This document shows positions 26,250 through 34,639 of a stretch of DNA of 44,554 bases, one piece after another. The position numbers were made by a program, and so were the translations under genes. The notes beneath the pieces are model-generated. The model had not been told where the DNA came from, searched no databases, and was given only the letters and a program-made list of their open reading frames with translations. Position 1 is the first letter of the stretch. Each line of letters starts with the position of its first letter. The stretch comes from Flavobacteriales bacterium (GTDB taxonomy: Bacteria > Bacteroidota > Bacteroidia > Flavobacteriales_F > PHOS-HE28), in NCBI GenBank assembly GCA_046596155.1, contig JBKJNF010000297.1, forward strand, positions 1 to 44,554, in the 5' to 3' direction.

Positions 26250-26753
26250 ATGAAACAGTTCTCACTTCCCATCCTTGCGTTCCTCACCTTGGGCGTACAG
26301 GCCCAGAACAACGACCAGACCATCCGTTCCGCCGAGGACTTGGCGGCCACGGTGAGCACCGATCTGGCCTCACTGAACGAGCACTTTGCCGGTCAGGCGC
26401 GATTCAAACTGGACAAGCGTGATCGCTTGGTGGCCGAATACCTCAACAATGGCGTAGCGGTGCGCACTGACATGGTGTACATCGCGTTCCTCGACGCGGC
26501 CAGCTGTGCGTTCAATATCGAGGAAGGCACGGTGATGTTGCAGTGCCAGGACCCACGGTCGAAGTGCATCGATAAGCAGGTGCAGAAGAGCGGTGTGATA
26601 AGCCCCACCGGTCGAATGAACCTACCCATTCCCGCAGGTGATGCTGAAGGTGCAAAGGCCCGGGCCCTGCTCATCAAGCTGGTAGAGGACAAGCAATCCG
26701 AAGAGCTCACGCGTCTGGCCGAAACAAACACGCGCGAGCGCCGTAAGAACTGA
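26250..26753 (+). CDS. Secreted protein of unknown function
   Basis: ATG 26250 gives MKQFSLPILAFLTLGVQAQ (signal peptide). 167 aa, no recognised family. The upstream track extension from 25989 is rejected. Confidence 0.68.
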   Translation: MKQFSLPILAFLTLGVQAQNNDQTIRSAEDLAATVSTDLASLNEHFAGQARFKLDKRDRLVAEYLNNGVAVRTDMVYIAFLDAASCAFNIEEGTVMLQCQDPRSKCIDKQVQKSGVISPTGRMNLPIPAGDAEGAKARALLIKLVEDKQSEELTRLAETNTRERRKN

Positions 26754-26776
26754 ACACCTGAACTCTGCTGACCGCC

Positions 26777-27306
26777 ATGCGTTCCCTGCTAAGCTGCACA
26801 CTGGCCATTTCCACCGTGGCGGCAACCGCCCAAGATCTGGCGCAGCAACTCCCCGTTGCCGAGATCGATAAGATCTTCCATGAGGGTGAACTGGCCAGCC
26901 GGAAAGGGAACTATGACAAGGCCATCGCCTTGTTCACCCAGGTGATCGAACGCGATCCGCAACACATTAATGCTCTCCTTCAGCGCGGCTACAGCCAGAG
27001 CATGAGCAGGCATTACGAGTTGGCCGTGGCCGATCTTACGGCGGTCATCAAGCTCAAGGACGACCACCTATGGGCTTACACCAGCAGAGGCAACGCCTAC
27101 AAAAGGCTGGGGCGCCAGACCGAAGCGATGGCGACTTCGACAAGGTGCTCTCCTTGGACACCAAGGACCAAGAAGCCTACAACAACCGTGGTTGGTCCAA
27201 AAAGGCCCAAGGCGATCTGAAAGGGGCGTGCATGGATTGGAAGGCCAGCAAGAAACTCGGGAACGGCGAAGCAGCCCTCATCCTGAAGAACAACGATTGC
27301 AAATGA
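26777..27306 (+). pseudogene. TPR-repeat secreted protein interrupted by a 1-nt frameshift (pseudogene or sequencing error)
   Basis: Track ORFs 26777..27220 and 27070..27306 are two frames of one TPR protein. ...AYTSRGNAYKRLGRQTEA (frame 1) continues as ...GDFDKVLSLDTKDQEAYNNRGWSKKAQGDLKGA (frame 2). TPR spacing from A20 to F24 needs 9 nt between GCG (27125-27127) and TTC (27136-27138), but only 8 nt are present. Confidence 0.75.
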
Positions 27307-27707
27307 CACACACACTATCCCTCTTGGCGGGTTGTCTCCTGGCCCTGTCCATGAACGCACAGGACCAGAGCTATGCCGATTGCGTGACCAAGGTGAACAG
27401 CAGCTGGGGGAAACCCTGTGAGAAGTGCGAGGCCTACACCGAGGTGTTCAAGCGCGACTATTCGGGTGTGTACCAGATCGAACTGAAGAATACCTGCAGT
27501 GAGCAGATCGAGGTGAAGGTGGCCATGCAGGAGAAGACCGGCAAGTGGCGCACCTTCCCCATCCGCGCACTGGCGGCCGGAGAAACGATGATGGCCTTCG
27601 CCTGCAACGGCACTGGCAAATATCTGTACTGGGCACGGCGCCTGCAGGACACCGAGATCGTGCTGCCCAGCGATCACGAGATCTTGGTAGAGTACCGCAA
27701 CCGCTGA
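27303..27707 (+). CDS. Small Cys-rich secreted protein of unknown function
   Basis: ATG 27303 overlaps the TPR stop as ATGA. Signal peptide MTHTLSLLAGCLLALSMNAQ. The mature part has 6 Cys (CVTKVNSSWGKPCEKCEAY...NTCSEQ...FACNG). Confidence 0.68.
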   Translation: MTHTLSLLAGCLLALSMNAQDQSYADCVTKVNSSWGKPCEKCEAYTEVFKRDYSGVYQIELKNTCSEQIEVKVAMQEKTGKWRTFPIRALAAGETMMAFACNGTGKYLYWARRLQDTEIVLPSDHEILVEYRNR

Positions 27708-27722
27708 TCTCATCTCATATAC

Positions 27723-27757
27723 GACGAAAGCCCCGAGCCCGGGGCTTTCGTCTTTCA
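27723..27757 (+). terminator. Intrinsic terminator after the secreted-protein cluster
   Basis: 13-bp stem GACGAAAGCCCCG (27723-27735) pairs with CGGGGCTTTCGTC (27740-27752) around a 4-nt loop, followed by TTTCA. Confidence 0.7.
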
Positions 27758-27841
27758 CGCCCCGCTGTTCACATCGACCGTGGCGTTGATGTCCCCGCAT
27801 GCCTTTCATGCGGGTAGCTTGGCCCTCGCTTTTGCATTGCC

Positions 27842-28231
27842 ATGGCCACCAAACGTCTGCATATCGACCGTACAGATACCAGTCCGGAGATCGACATGGA
27901 CCTGGAGCACGGTCACTTTGAGTTCATCGGTCGTTCGTTGCCTGCCAACAGCGAACTGTTCTATGAGCGCGTTTACCGCTGGCTAGAGGAATACATGAAG
28001 CATCCGCGTCCCACTGTGGTGGACATGAAGCTGGACTACTTGGACACCAGCAGCAGTAAGCACTTCTTCAACATTTTCGACAAGTTGAACGCGGTGAATG
28101 AGCGCGGGCATCCTGTGAAGGTGAATTGGCATTACGAGACGGGTGACGAGGAGATGGCAGAGACCGGCAAGGACTTCCAGAGCTTCTTCTCGCTCAACTT
28201 CGACTTCGTTGAGGTGAAGGACCTCTTTTAG
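27842..28231 (+). CDS. DUF1987 / SiaC-family regulatory (partner-switch) protein
   Basis: 129 aa. LHIDRTDTSPEIDMDLEHGHFEFIGRSLPANSELFYERVYRWLEEY...KLDYLDTSSSKHFFNIFDKL...VKVNWHYETGDEEMAETGKDF matches the DUF1987 family pattern as I remember it (G.S.PEN...FY.P...WL..Y, then the NTSSSK patch, then W.YE.DDEDM.E.GEDF). Confidence 0.85.
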   Translation: MATKRLHIDRTDTSPEIDMDLEHGHFEFIGRSLPANSELFYERVYRWLEEYMKHPRPTVVDMKLDYLDTSSSKHFFNIFDKLNAVNERGHPVKVNWHYETGDEEMAETGKDFQSFFSLNFDFVEVKDLF

Positions 28232-28313
28232 TTCCAGACCAAGGCAGCGGTTGGTGCGTGTGGCCAGCACGCTGTAGTGTGAAATGTTCGTAGCTGATCC
28301 TTCGGCTGGTGTC

Positions 28314-28346
28314 GGAAAACAAGAACGCGGCCGTGAAGCCGCGCTC
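28314..28346 (-). terminator. Intrinsic terminator-like hairpin downstream of the PIN/PhoH gene
   Basis: The minus strand reads GAGCGCGGC-TTCACG-GCCGCGTTC followed by TTGTTTTCC. The 9-bp stem includes one G.U pair that forms only in the minus-strand RNA. Confidence 0.55.
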
Positions 28347-28377
28347 ATTGTGCAGATCATGCGAGCATTCGTCGCCT

Positions 28378-29712
28378 CTACAGCAGGTCGTTCGCTAGGT
28401 TCGCCAGTGCACTGCGCTCCCCTTTCTCCAGTGTGATGTGCGCAAAGAGCGGATCACCCTTGGCCTTGTCGATCAAGTAGCTGAGGCCATTGCTCTCCGT
28501 ATCAAGGTAGGGCGTGTCGATCTGGTGGATGTCACCGGTGAACACGATCTTGGTGCCTTCACCTGCTCGACTGATCACGGTCTTCACTTCAAGCGGTGTA
28601 AGGTTCTGGGCTTCATCCACGATGAAGAAAATGTTGCTCAGGCTGCGGCCGCGGATAAAGGCCAGCGGTGCGATGGCGATCTTCTCGTTCTCCAACATCT
28701 CATCGATACGTTTGGGCGTGCCATCATGTTTATCGAACTGACCCTTGATCAGCTTCAGGTTGTCCCATAAGGGCTGCATATAGGGATCAAGCTTGCTTTG
28801 GATGTCGCCGGGCAGGTAACCGATGTCCTTGTTGCTCAACGGCACCACCGGGCGGGTCACATAGATCTGGCGGTAGTCGCGGCGCAGCTCCAAGGCACAA
28901 GCCAATGCCAGTAGTGTTTTGCCAGTACCTGCGGCTCCTTGCAGCGTCACCAGCTTGATCTCGGGGTCCATCAGCGCGCTCATGGCCAGGGTCTGTTCGG
29001 CGTTCTTCGGGCTTATGCCGAAGATGCTGTGCTTCTCTACGCGGTGCACCAATTCGGTGCGCGGATCATACTTGCTAAGGATGCTCTTCTTCTTGTGCTT
29101 AAGGATGAAGAAGTGGTTGCCCGTAGGCTTGGGCAGATCAAGGGCCGCGATGGGCAATTGTCCTTGCTCGAACAACTTGTCGATGAGCGTTTCATCCACG
29201 TCCTCCTTCACCGTACGTCCGCTGTAGATGGCGTCGCGCACGTCATGTACCTTGCCTGTGAGGTAATCCTCGGCGTTGATGTTAAGGCTCTTCGCTTTCA
29301 ATCGCAAGGCCACATCCTTGGTCACCAACACCACCTTGCGGTCCTTGTTCTGGCGCTGCAGTGTAAGTGCCGCGTTCAGGATCTGGTGATCGGCCTTGCC
29401 GTCCTGGAACACCTTGGTGGCGTCCACTCCATTCAGGTCGTGCTTGGCCACCACCTTGAACTGGCCTTTGGTGGGGCCGTTCAGCGGGGTCCAATCCGTC
29501 AACAGGTCGCCCTTGGCGATTCCGTCCAGGTGTCGGATGAATTCCCTTGCCTCGAAGTTGATGGTGTCATTTCCCTTTTTGAACGTGTCGAGCTCCTCCA
29601 ACACTTGTATCGGGATGGCCACGTCGTGCTCCTGAAAGCAATCGATGGCCGAGTGGTCGTAAAGGATCACCGAGGTATCCAGTACGAAGATCTTGCGGTC
29701 TTTCTTCTTCAT
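28378..29712 (-). CDS. PIN-domain plus PhoH-like ATPase (YlaK-type)
   Basis: N-terminal PIN domain (KIFVLDTSVILYD...LEELD). PhoH-type Walker A LQGAAGTGKTLLALA, then FFIVDEAQNLTP and IVFTGDIHQID. Confidence 0.93.
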   Translation of the reverse strand: MKKKDRKIFVLDTSVILYDHSAIDCFQEHDVAIPIQVLEELDTFKKGNDTINFEAREFIRHLDGIAKGDLLTDWTPLNGPTKGQFKVVAKHDLNGVDATKVFQDGKADHQILNAALTLQRQNKDRKVVLVTKDVALRLKAKSLNINAEDYLTGKVHDVRDAIYSGRTVKEDVDETLIDKLFEQGQLPIAALDLPKPTGNHFFILKHKKKSILSKYDPRTELVHRVEKHSIFGISPKNAEQTLAMSALMDPEIKLVTLQGAAGTGKTLLALACALELRRDYRQIYVTRPVVPLSNKDIGYLPGDIQSKLDPYMQPLWDNLKLIKGQFDKHDGTPKRIDEMLENEKIAIAPLAFIRGRSLSNIFFIVDEAQNLTPLEVKTVISRAGEGTKIVFTGDIHQIDTPYLDTESNGLSYLIDKAKGDPLFAHITLEKGERSALANLANDLL

Positions 29713-29861
29713 TCGATCAAGGAACGTTGATGATCAAAAGTGGTTCCATTCGGACATAGTGCACGAACCATGCCCCTTCACTTATCCACACATCAATGTG
29801 CTTTGGCCCTAACTCAATTGCACCTCGTCCGCCGTTCCTTTGCGCCCCGAACAACCCCCGC

Positions 29862-30353
29862 ATGCGAACCGAAGCTCAGGTCCTGGCCCACGTTATGGAC
29901 CGCACCCGTCAATACACGTTGAACTACCTCCGCTACTTGAAGGAGGTGGATGTGCATAAACGCTTTGTTTGCGAAGGTGTGGAACTGAACACCCCGTTCT
30001 GGCTTGTCGCACATTTGGCCACCAGCGAGAACGGCTTGTTGTTGATGGCCACTGGTGGCCCCTTCGAGAAGTTCAGTTGGGCCAAGCATTTCACACTGGG
30101 CTCAAAAGGACTGCCCGCGGAAGAGTGTCCGCCATACACCGAAGTGTGGACCACCTTCAAGGACGTTCATGCCAAGGCCGTCGCCCACATTGCCACGCTC
30201 AGCGACAAGGCGCTGAACGGTCCGAACCTGACAAGGCTTCCACTGATCGGAGAGACGGTGCGTGATGTGATCACACATGCGATCCGGCACGAAGGTTCGC
30301 ACATCGGCCACCTGGGCTGGCTGTGCAAGTTGCACGGCATCAAGACGATGTAA
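29862..30353 (+). CDS. DinB-family (four-helix-bundle, metal-binding) protein
   Basis: MRTEAQVLAHVMDRTRQYTLNYLRYL...FWLVAHLATSE...VITHAIRHEGSHIGHLGWL shows the DinB-like His pattern. Confidence 0.82.
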   Translation: MRTEAQVLAHVMDRTRQYTLNYLRYLKEVDVHKRFVCEGVELNTPFWLVAHLATSENGLLLMATGGPFEKFSWAKHFTLGSKGLPAEECPPYTEVWTTFKDVHAKAVAHIATLSDKALNGPNLTRLPLIGETVRDVITHAIRHEGSHIGHLGWLCKLHGIKTM

Positions 30354-30973
30354 GGGCTGTGCATGCACCTGGGACCTTGGTGAATGGGCACGGTGCGCTA
30401 ACGCCACTTGCCCGTACGGTGTTACACGCTGTGAGCGGGGCACCTCTTCACTTGCTAGAGGCGGCACGCATCCGGCGTTCGCAGCAGAACTGGGTACGCG
30501 CTCCCTGGTACCCTTACGATCGCGCCGGCGCGATCACCGTGGGGCGCACAATCTGGTTCACGCAAAAATGGTTCGCGCGCGATGGCTATGGTGATGGCTC
30601 GGCGGACAGCACATGGCAGTGGCTTCAGCATTTGGCGCATGAAGTGGGTCACCTGGCGCAGGCGGAACGCTATGGTCCCGGGCTGTGGGGAAAATTGCGC
30701 TACTTGGCACATTTCACGTGGCAATACGGCTGGCGCGCAATAACCTTGAAGCGCGCCGTGCACGACGGTGCATCGCTTGAGATCGAAGCGGACCTCGGTC
30801 GCTGGGTTTTGGCTGATGTGGTGGGAAAGGCAGGAACGGGGCATCCGCTCGTCCTCGCCATCCACGAAGGTCGCTCAACCGATGTGCAGGCCTGGTGCGA
30901 TACGCACAGCGATCGGCTCCTGTACGCGGCAGCTGCATACCGCGAAAAGGCGGGCCCGCATCATTTCGCTTAG
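30323..30973 (+). CDS. HExxH-motif zincin-like protein (DUF4157-like); start uncertain
   Basis: GAITVGRTIWFTQKWF...WLQHLAHEVGHLAQAERYG resembles the DUF4157 core. ATG 30323 overlaps the DinB gene by 31 nt. In-frame TTG 30377 and GTG 30380 are alternative starts. Confidence 0.55.
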   Translation: MQVARHQDDVRAVHAPGTLVNGHGALTPLARTVLHAVSGAPLHLLEAARIRRSQQNWVRAPWYPYDRAGAITVGRTIWFTQKWFARDGYGDGSADSTWQWLQHLAHEVGHLAQAERYGPGLWGKLRYLAHFTWQYGWRAITLKRAVHDGASLEIEADLGRWVLADVVGKAGTGHPLVLAIHEGRSTDVQAWCDTHSDRLLYAAAAYREKAGPHHFA

Positions 30974-31650
30974 CGATCAAAACTGGCGTCGGGTACCCCG
31001 GTGATGGGGATCACCGGTCCGAGGAAGTGCGGCGACGAATGGACTATCACGTTCACCACCGCCTTCAAGCAGGCCAGCGGTTCGCGCACAGCACTGCCGC
31101 GACAACTGCTGCCTTGCGGCGGATCGGCGGGAACACCGACGGCCTTGATGCCGGTACTTCTCGCTAAGTAGACTGCGCGCGGCAGGTGGAAGGCCTGGGA
31201 GATCACCAGCGCGTCGCACACTTCGAAGACCTTTCGGGCACGCACCATGGTATCATAGGTATCGAAGCCAGCGTGGTCCAGGAATACATGCTCCACCGGA
31301 ACGCCGTGTTGCACAAACCATGCTCGCATTGCATTCACCTCATCATACTGTACCGTGCCGTGGTCCCCGCTCACCAGGAGGCGCTGCACGCGACCCTGCC
31401 GATAGAGCGCAAGTGCCGTGATCAAACGTTCCTCCAGGCAAATTGATGGATCATCGCCGTTCACACGACAGCCTAGGACGATCCCGACGAAGCGCATGGG
31501 CGCCTCCTCAGGACTGGCCACAAGGAACGGCGAAGAAGCACGTTGCACGCGCGTATGCATGTCCAGCAAGACCGCAAGCATCACGCATGCCGAATAGGTG
31601 ACGATCAGGAGCAGGCGCGTGACCCTGATCCGCTGCAACGCGCGGGTCAC
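30970..31650 (-). CDS. sanA: SanA/YdcF (DUF218) family membrane protein
   Basis: N-terminal TM (LLLIVTYSACVMLAVLL). IVLGCRVNGDDPSICLEERL...RLLVSGDHGTVQYDEVNAMRAW...FLDHAGFDTYDTMVRA is the typical SanA core. The GTG start overlaps the upstream stop as GTGA. Confidence 0.85.
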   Translation of the reverse strand: MTRALQRIRVTRLLLIVTYSACVMLAVLLDMHTRVQRASSPFLVASPEEAPMRFVGIVLGCRVNGDDPSICLEERLITALALYRQGRVQRLLVSGDHGTVQYDEVNAMRAWFVQHGVPVEHVFLDHAGFDTYDTMVRARKVFEVCDALVISQAFHLPRAVYLARSTGIKAVGVPADPPQGSSCRGSAVREPLACLKAVVNVIVHSSPHFLGPVIPITGVPDASFDR

Positions 31651-32702
31651 CGAGCGACCACCAGCCGTGTTCCCACAGCCTCTCCGGCGCGGCGCAGCGT
31701 ATACACCCCCGGAGCAACGTCCTGCAGGTCCACCATCACTGCGCGAAGCACTGGTGCACTCTGGATCCGGCGGAGGAGTCGGCCTTGTGCATCATACAGT
31801 TCGATCGTGCGCGCATCATCGCAGGCCACGGCAACACGGTCACTTGCGGGATTCGGGAATACATCTGGACCAGCGTGGATCACAGGCGAACCGATCTCGG
31901 TGGAGAACTCATCAGGCTCGTACACGAACTGCACCAGCAGTGGCTGTCCCAACAGCGTGTTGATCTGCAGCACGGGTTGATCCTTTCCCAAAGCCAGCCA
32001 TTTGTATTCGATCGTCTCCGGGCGTGGGAAGGTAAAACCGAAGCTGAACTGGTCGATGTACAACGTATCGCGGATCACCAAAGTGCTCTTCACACGCAGC
32101 ACTTCGAATGTGTCGGCGGGAAGGTAAAGCGTGCCCCATCCATCCACTTCATTGTACCGCATCTGTGATTGGCCATAGGTGCCCAGTGTGGGCACGGTAA
32201 GCACGAAGGTGCTGGCGCTCGTGTCCTGGTCGCCATAGTTGAGTGGGAAACGATAGATGTAGTCCACCGGCTGGCGCTGGATGCTGGCGGGAAGTCCGTT
32301 GATCGTGGCGCCAAATCCCACGTTCCGATATCCGGCGTTGGTCTTTTTGTAGTAATCGTAAACGTTATCAAGGCTTACCGTTTGGAAGTTGATCGACATA
32401 CCACGCAGCGCAAGATCCGCGTCATGTTCAGGATAGAAAAAGCCATTATTGAAGAAGAATTGATAGAGGAAGGGTGTGCTCTCCACCGTAACGGCCGTAT
32501 CGGCCGCCTCACCCTGCGGTGCCAGGCTTTCAAAATGCCATTCGTGCCCGGGGCCGGAATCCGCGCCATCAAAGTTGGTCAACGTGCTCACCTGATGCCG
32601 CATGGTATCCCCAGCGCTAGGCATATCATCCGGACCTATGGTGATCTGTGCGACGGACCAAAGAGGCAGGCAATAGGTCAGTGACAGGAGGAACTTGTTC
32701 AT
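31647..32702 (-). CDS. Secreted protein of unknown function with a T9SS C-terminal sorting domain
   Basis: Signal peptide MNKFLLSLTYCLPLWSVAQ. The tail is VFPNPASDRVAVACDDARTIELYDAQGRLL...VAPGVYTLRRAGEAVGTRLVVAR. It shares the block VDGWGTLYLPADTFEVLRV with the 15530..16540 product (IDGYGDLQMPFGTVTDVLRL). Confidence 0.8.
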   Translation of the reverse strand: MNKFLLSLTYCLPLWSVAQITIGPDDMPSAGDTMRHQVSTLTNFDGADSGPGHEWHFESLAPQGEAADTAVTVESTPFLYQFFFNNGFFYPEHDADLALRGMSINFQTVSLDNVYDYYKKTNAGYRNVGFGATINGLPASIQRQPVDYIYRFPLNYGDQDTSASTFVLTVPTLGTYGQSQMRYNEVDGWGTLYLPADTFEVLRVKSTLVIRDTLYIDQFSFGFTFPRPETIEYKWLALGKDQPVLQINTLLGQPLLVQFVYEPDEFSTEIGSPVIHAGPDVFPNPASDRVAVACDDARTIELYDAQGRLLRRIQSAPVLRAVMVDLQDVAPGVYTLRRAGEAVGTRLVVAR

Positions 32703-32848
32703 GGGATCTGCGGATAGGGCCCTGCGAAACTACGGGGATCGGACCCAGACATGAATTGGAGAAGGCCGAGATCGATCAAAACTGCCAGAAGGACCGCTTG
32801 GCAGCGTTCTTGCACACAGCGCCGATCACCCCATTACCTTCGCTGCCC

Positions 32849-33478
32849 ATGCGTCATTCCCTGCTTGCCCTCGGTCTTATTTGCGCACTTTCCGTTCTGG
32901 GACAAGGGAAGGACAAGTCACGGCCGTTGATCCAGTTCAGCGGTGTGGTGGTCACTGGAGACAGTCTGTTGCCCGTGCCCTTTGCAAGCATCGGCACCAA
33001 GGGTAGCTTTCGCGGGACCGTCAGCGATGTGTTCGGGTACTTCAGCCTCGTTGCACAATTGGGCGATACGTTGCAGTTCGCAGCCGTAGGATTCAAGCGC
33101 GACTGGTATGCCATACCGGACAGTGTTCAGGGCTCCAAGTACTCCATCATCCACGTCATGCATCCGGATACGATCATGCTGGATCCGTTGATGGTCTATC
33201 CGTGGCCTACGAAGGAACAATTCGCCGACGCGTTCATGAACCTACGCTTGAACGATGATGATTACCAGACCGCGTTGAAGCATTTGAGCACGGCTGAAGT
33301 CTTGCAGCGCATGGAGAACATGCCGCCCGACGCCGGATTGAGCCAGCAGTACGCCATGGCCGTGGAGAACACCCGACTATACAACCAAGGCTCCGCACCC
33401 ACCATCGGATTGCTGAATCCCATTGCCTGGGCGCAGTTCATGCAGGCGTGGCGCTCGGGGAAGTTCAAGAAGAAGTAG
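32849..33478 (+). CDS. CarboxypepD_reg-like domain secreted protein
   Basis: ATG 32849 gives MRHSLLALGLICALSVLGQ (signal peptide). IQFSGVVVTGDSLLPVPFASIGTKGSFRGTVSDVFGYFSLVAQLGDTLQFAAVGF is the SusC-N-terminal-type regulatory-like fold motif. Confidence 0.75.
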   Translation: MRHSLLALGLICALSVLGQGKDKSRPLIQFSGVVVTGDSLLPVPFASIGTKGSFRGTVSDVFGYFSLVAQLGDTLQFAAVGFKRDWYAIPDSVQGSKYSIIHVMHPDTIMLDPLMVYPWPTKEQFADAFMNLRLNDDDYQTALKHLSTAEVLQRMENMPPDAGLSQQYAMAVENTRLYNQGSAPTIGLLNPIAWAQFMQAWRSGKFKKK

Positions 33479-33607
33479 AACGGCTTCGCGGATCCGACAA
33501 TCCCTGCTCGGTTCGTTGCTCCCTGACGCTTGCACGCGGATGTTGGAACTTAACAGGTTGGATCGAACGCATGTGTTGGAGGCGTGTACGGGTGCGAAAA
33601 TCCGAAC

Positions 33608-34582
33608 ATGCTCCACACACGCACGCTATTGCTGACCGCGGCGATCACCATCGCCATCCACGCCCGCCCACAGGCCATGGGCAATCTTTACTATGAGGCC
33701 AATAGCCGTATGTTCTTCCAGCAGGCCGAACAGGCCGTGAAGGCCACGATCAACGGCAACACGCTCACACTGGAGGTGAACGCCATGATGAACGTGAAGG
33801 CCGACAGTTACTTGGCCATCTTCAATGTGACCCAGCTGGGGCAATCGGCAGAGGAAGCGGACAGCCTCCTCAGCGAACGGATCGGCTCCATGATAGATCG
33901 GTTGCGCATGGACGGCGTAAAGGACGCGGACGTGTTCACCGACATGCTCTCGTTCATTCCTGTGTATGAAGTGGAGACCACTCGCAAGTTCTTCAGTCGC
34001 ACCTATCAAGAAGTGCCTGCCGGGTTCGAGATCCAGAAGAACATCCATATACGCTTCACTGATGCACGGATCCTGGACAAGCTGGTGACCGCCGCGGCCA
34101 AGGAGGAGATCTACGACCTAGTGAAGGTGGATTTTTTCGTGGCACAGCAAAGTGCGGCTTACGACACCTTGCGGATCTTCGCCACGAAACTGCTGCAGAA
34201 GAAGCTGGAGAACTTCGAGAAGCTCGGCATCAAGGTGGACAAGAGCCATCGCATGGCAGCAGAGCAGAACGGGGCGCACTTTCCGCTGGACCGTTATGCC
34301 GCCTATCAGGGCCACACTCAATCCTCGCTCAATAGCAAGCGCAAGGGACAACTGGTGAACGACATCCGCAAGCCGAACACGCTCTTCTACAATAAGGTTC
34401 CCTACGGCAACTTCGATATCGTATTGCATGCCGAGATCACTGAGCCGCCAGTGCAATACACCTACAACCTGACCATCCAATGTGAACTGCCCCCGGATGT
34501 CTCGGAAAAGGAGGTGAAAGAAGTGGTGAAATACCTCTGGATCACCGACAAGGGCGACGCTAAGACCTTGATGCTACCCTGA
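33608..34582 (+). CDS. Secreted protein, possibly SIMPL/DUF541-like
   Basis: ATG 33608 gives MLHTRTLLLTAAITIAIHARPQA (signal peptide). LTLEVNAMMNVKADSYLAIFNVTQLGQSAEEADSLLSERIGSMIDRLRMDGVKDADVFTDMLSFIPVYE follows the SIMPL pattern as I remember it. The family call is tentative. Confidence 0.55.
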   Translation: MLHTRTLLLTAAITIAIHARPQAMGNLYYEANSRMFFQQAEQAVKATINGNTLTLEVNAMMNVKADSYLAIFNVTQLGQSAEEADSLLSERIGSMIDRLRMDGVKDADVFTDMLSFIPVYEVETTRKFFSRTYQEVPAGFEIQKNIHIRFTDARILDKLVTAAAKEEIYDLVKVDFFVAQQSAAYDTLRIFATKLLQKKLENFEKLGIKVDKSHRMAAEQNGAHFPLDRYAAYQGHTQSSLNSKRKGQLVNDIRKPNTLFYNKVPYGNFDIVLHAEITEPPVQYTYNLTIQCELPPDVSEKEVKEVVKYLWITDKGDAKTLMLP

Positions 34583-34639
34583 ACGGCTGGACCTGACAAA
34601 ACGCATGTTCGCCTCGGCGCGCTTGGGTAGTTTTGCTCT

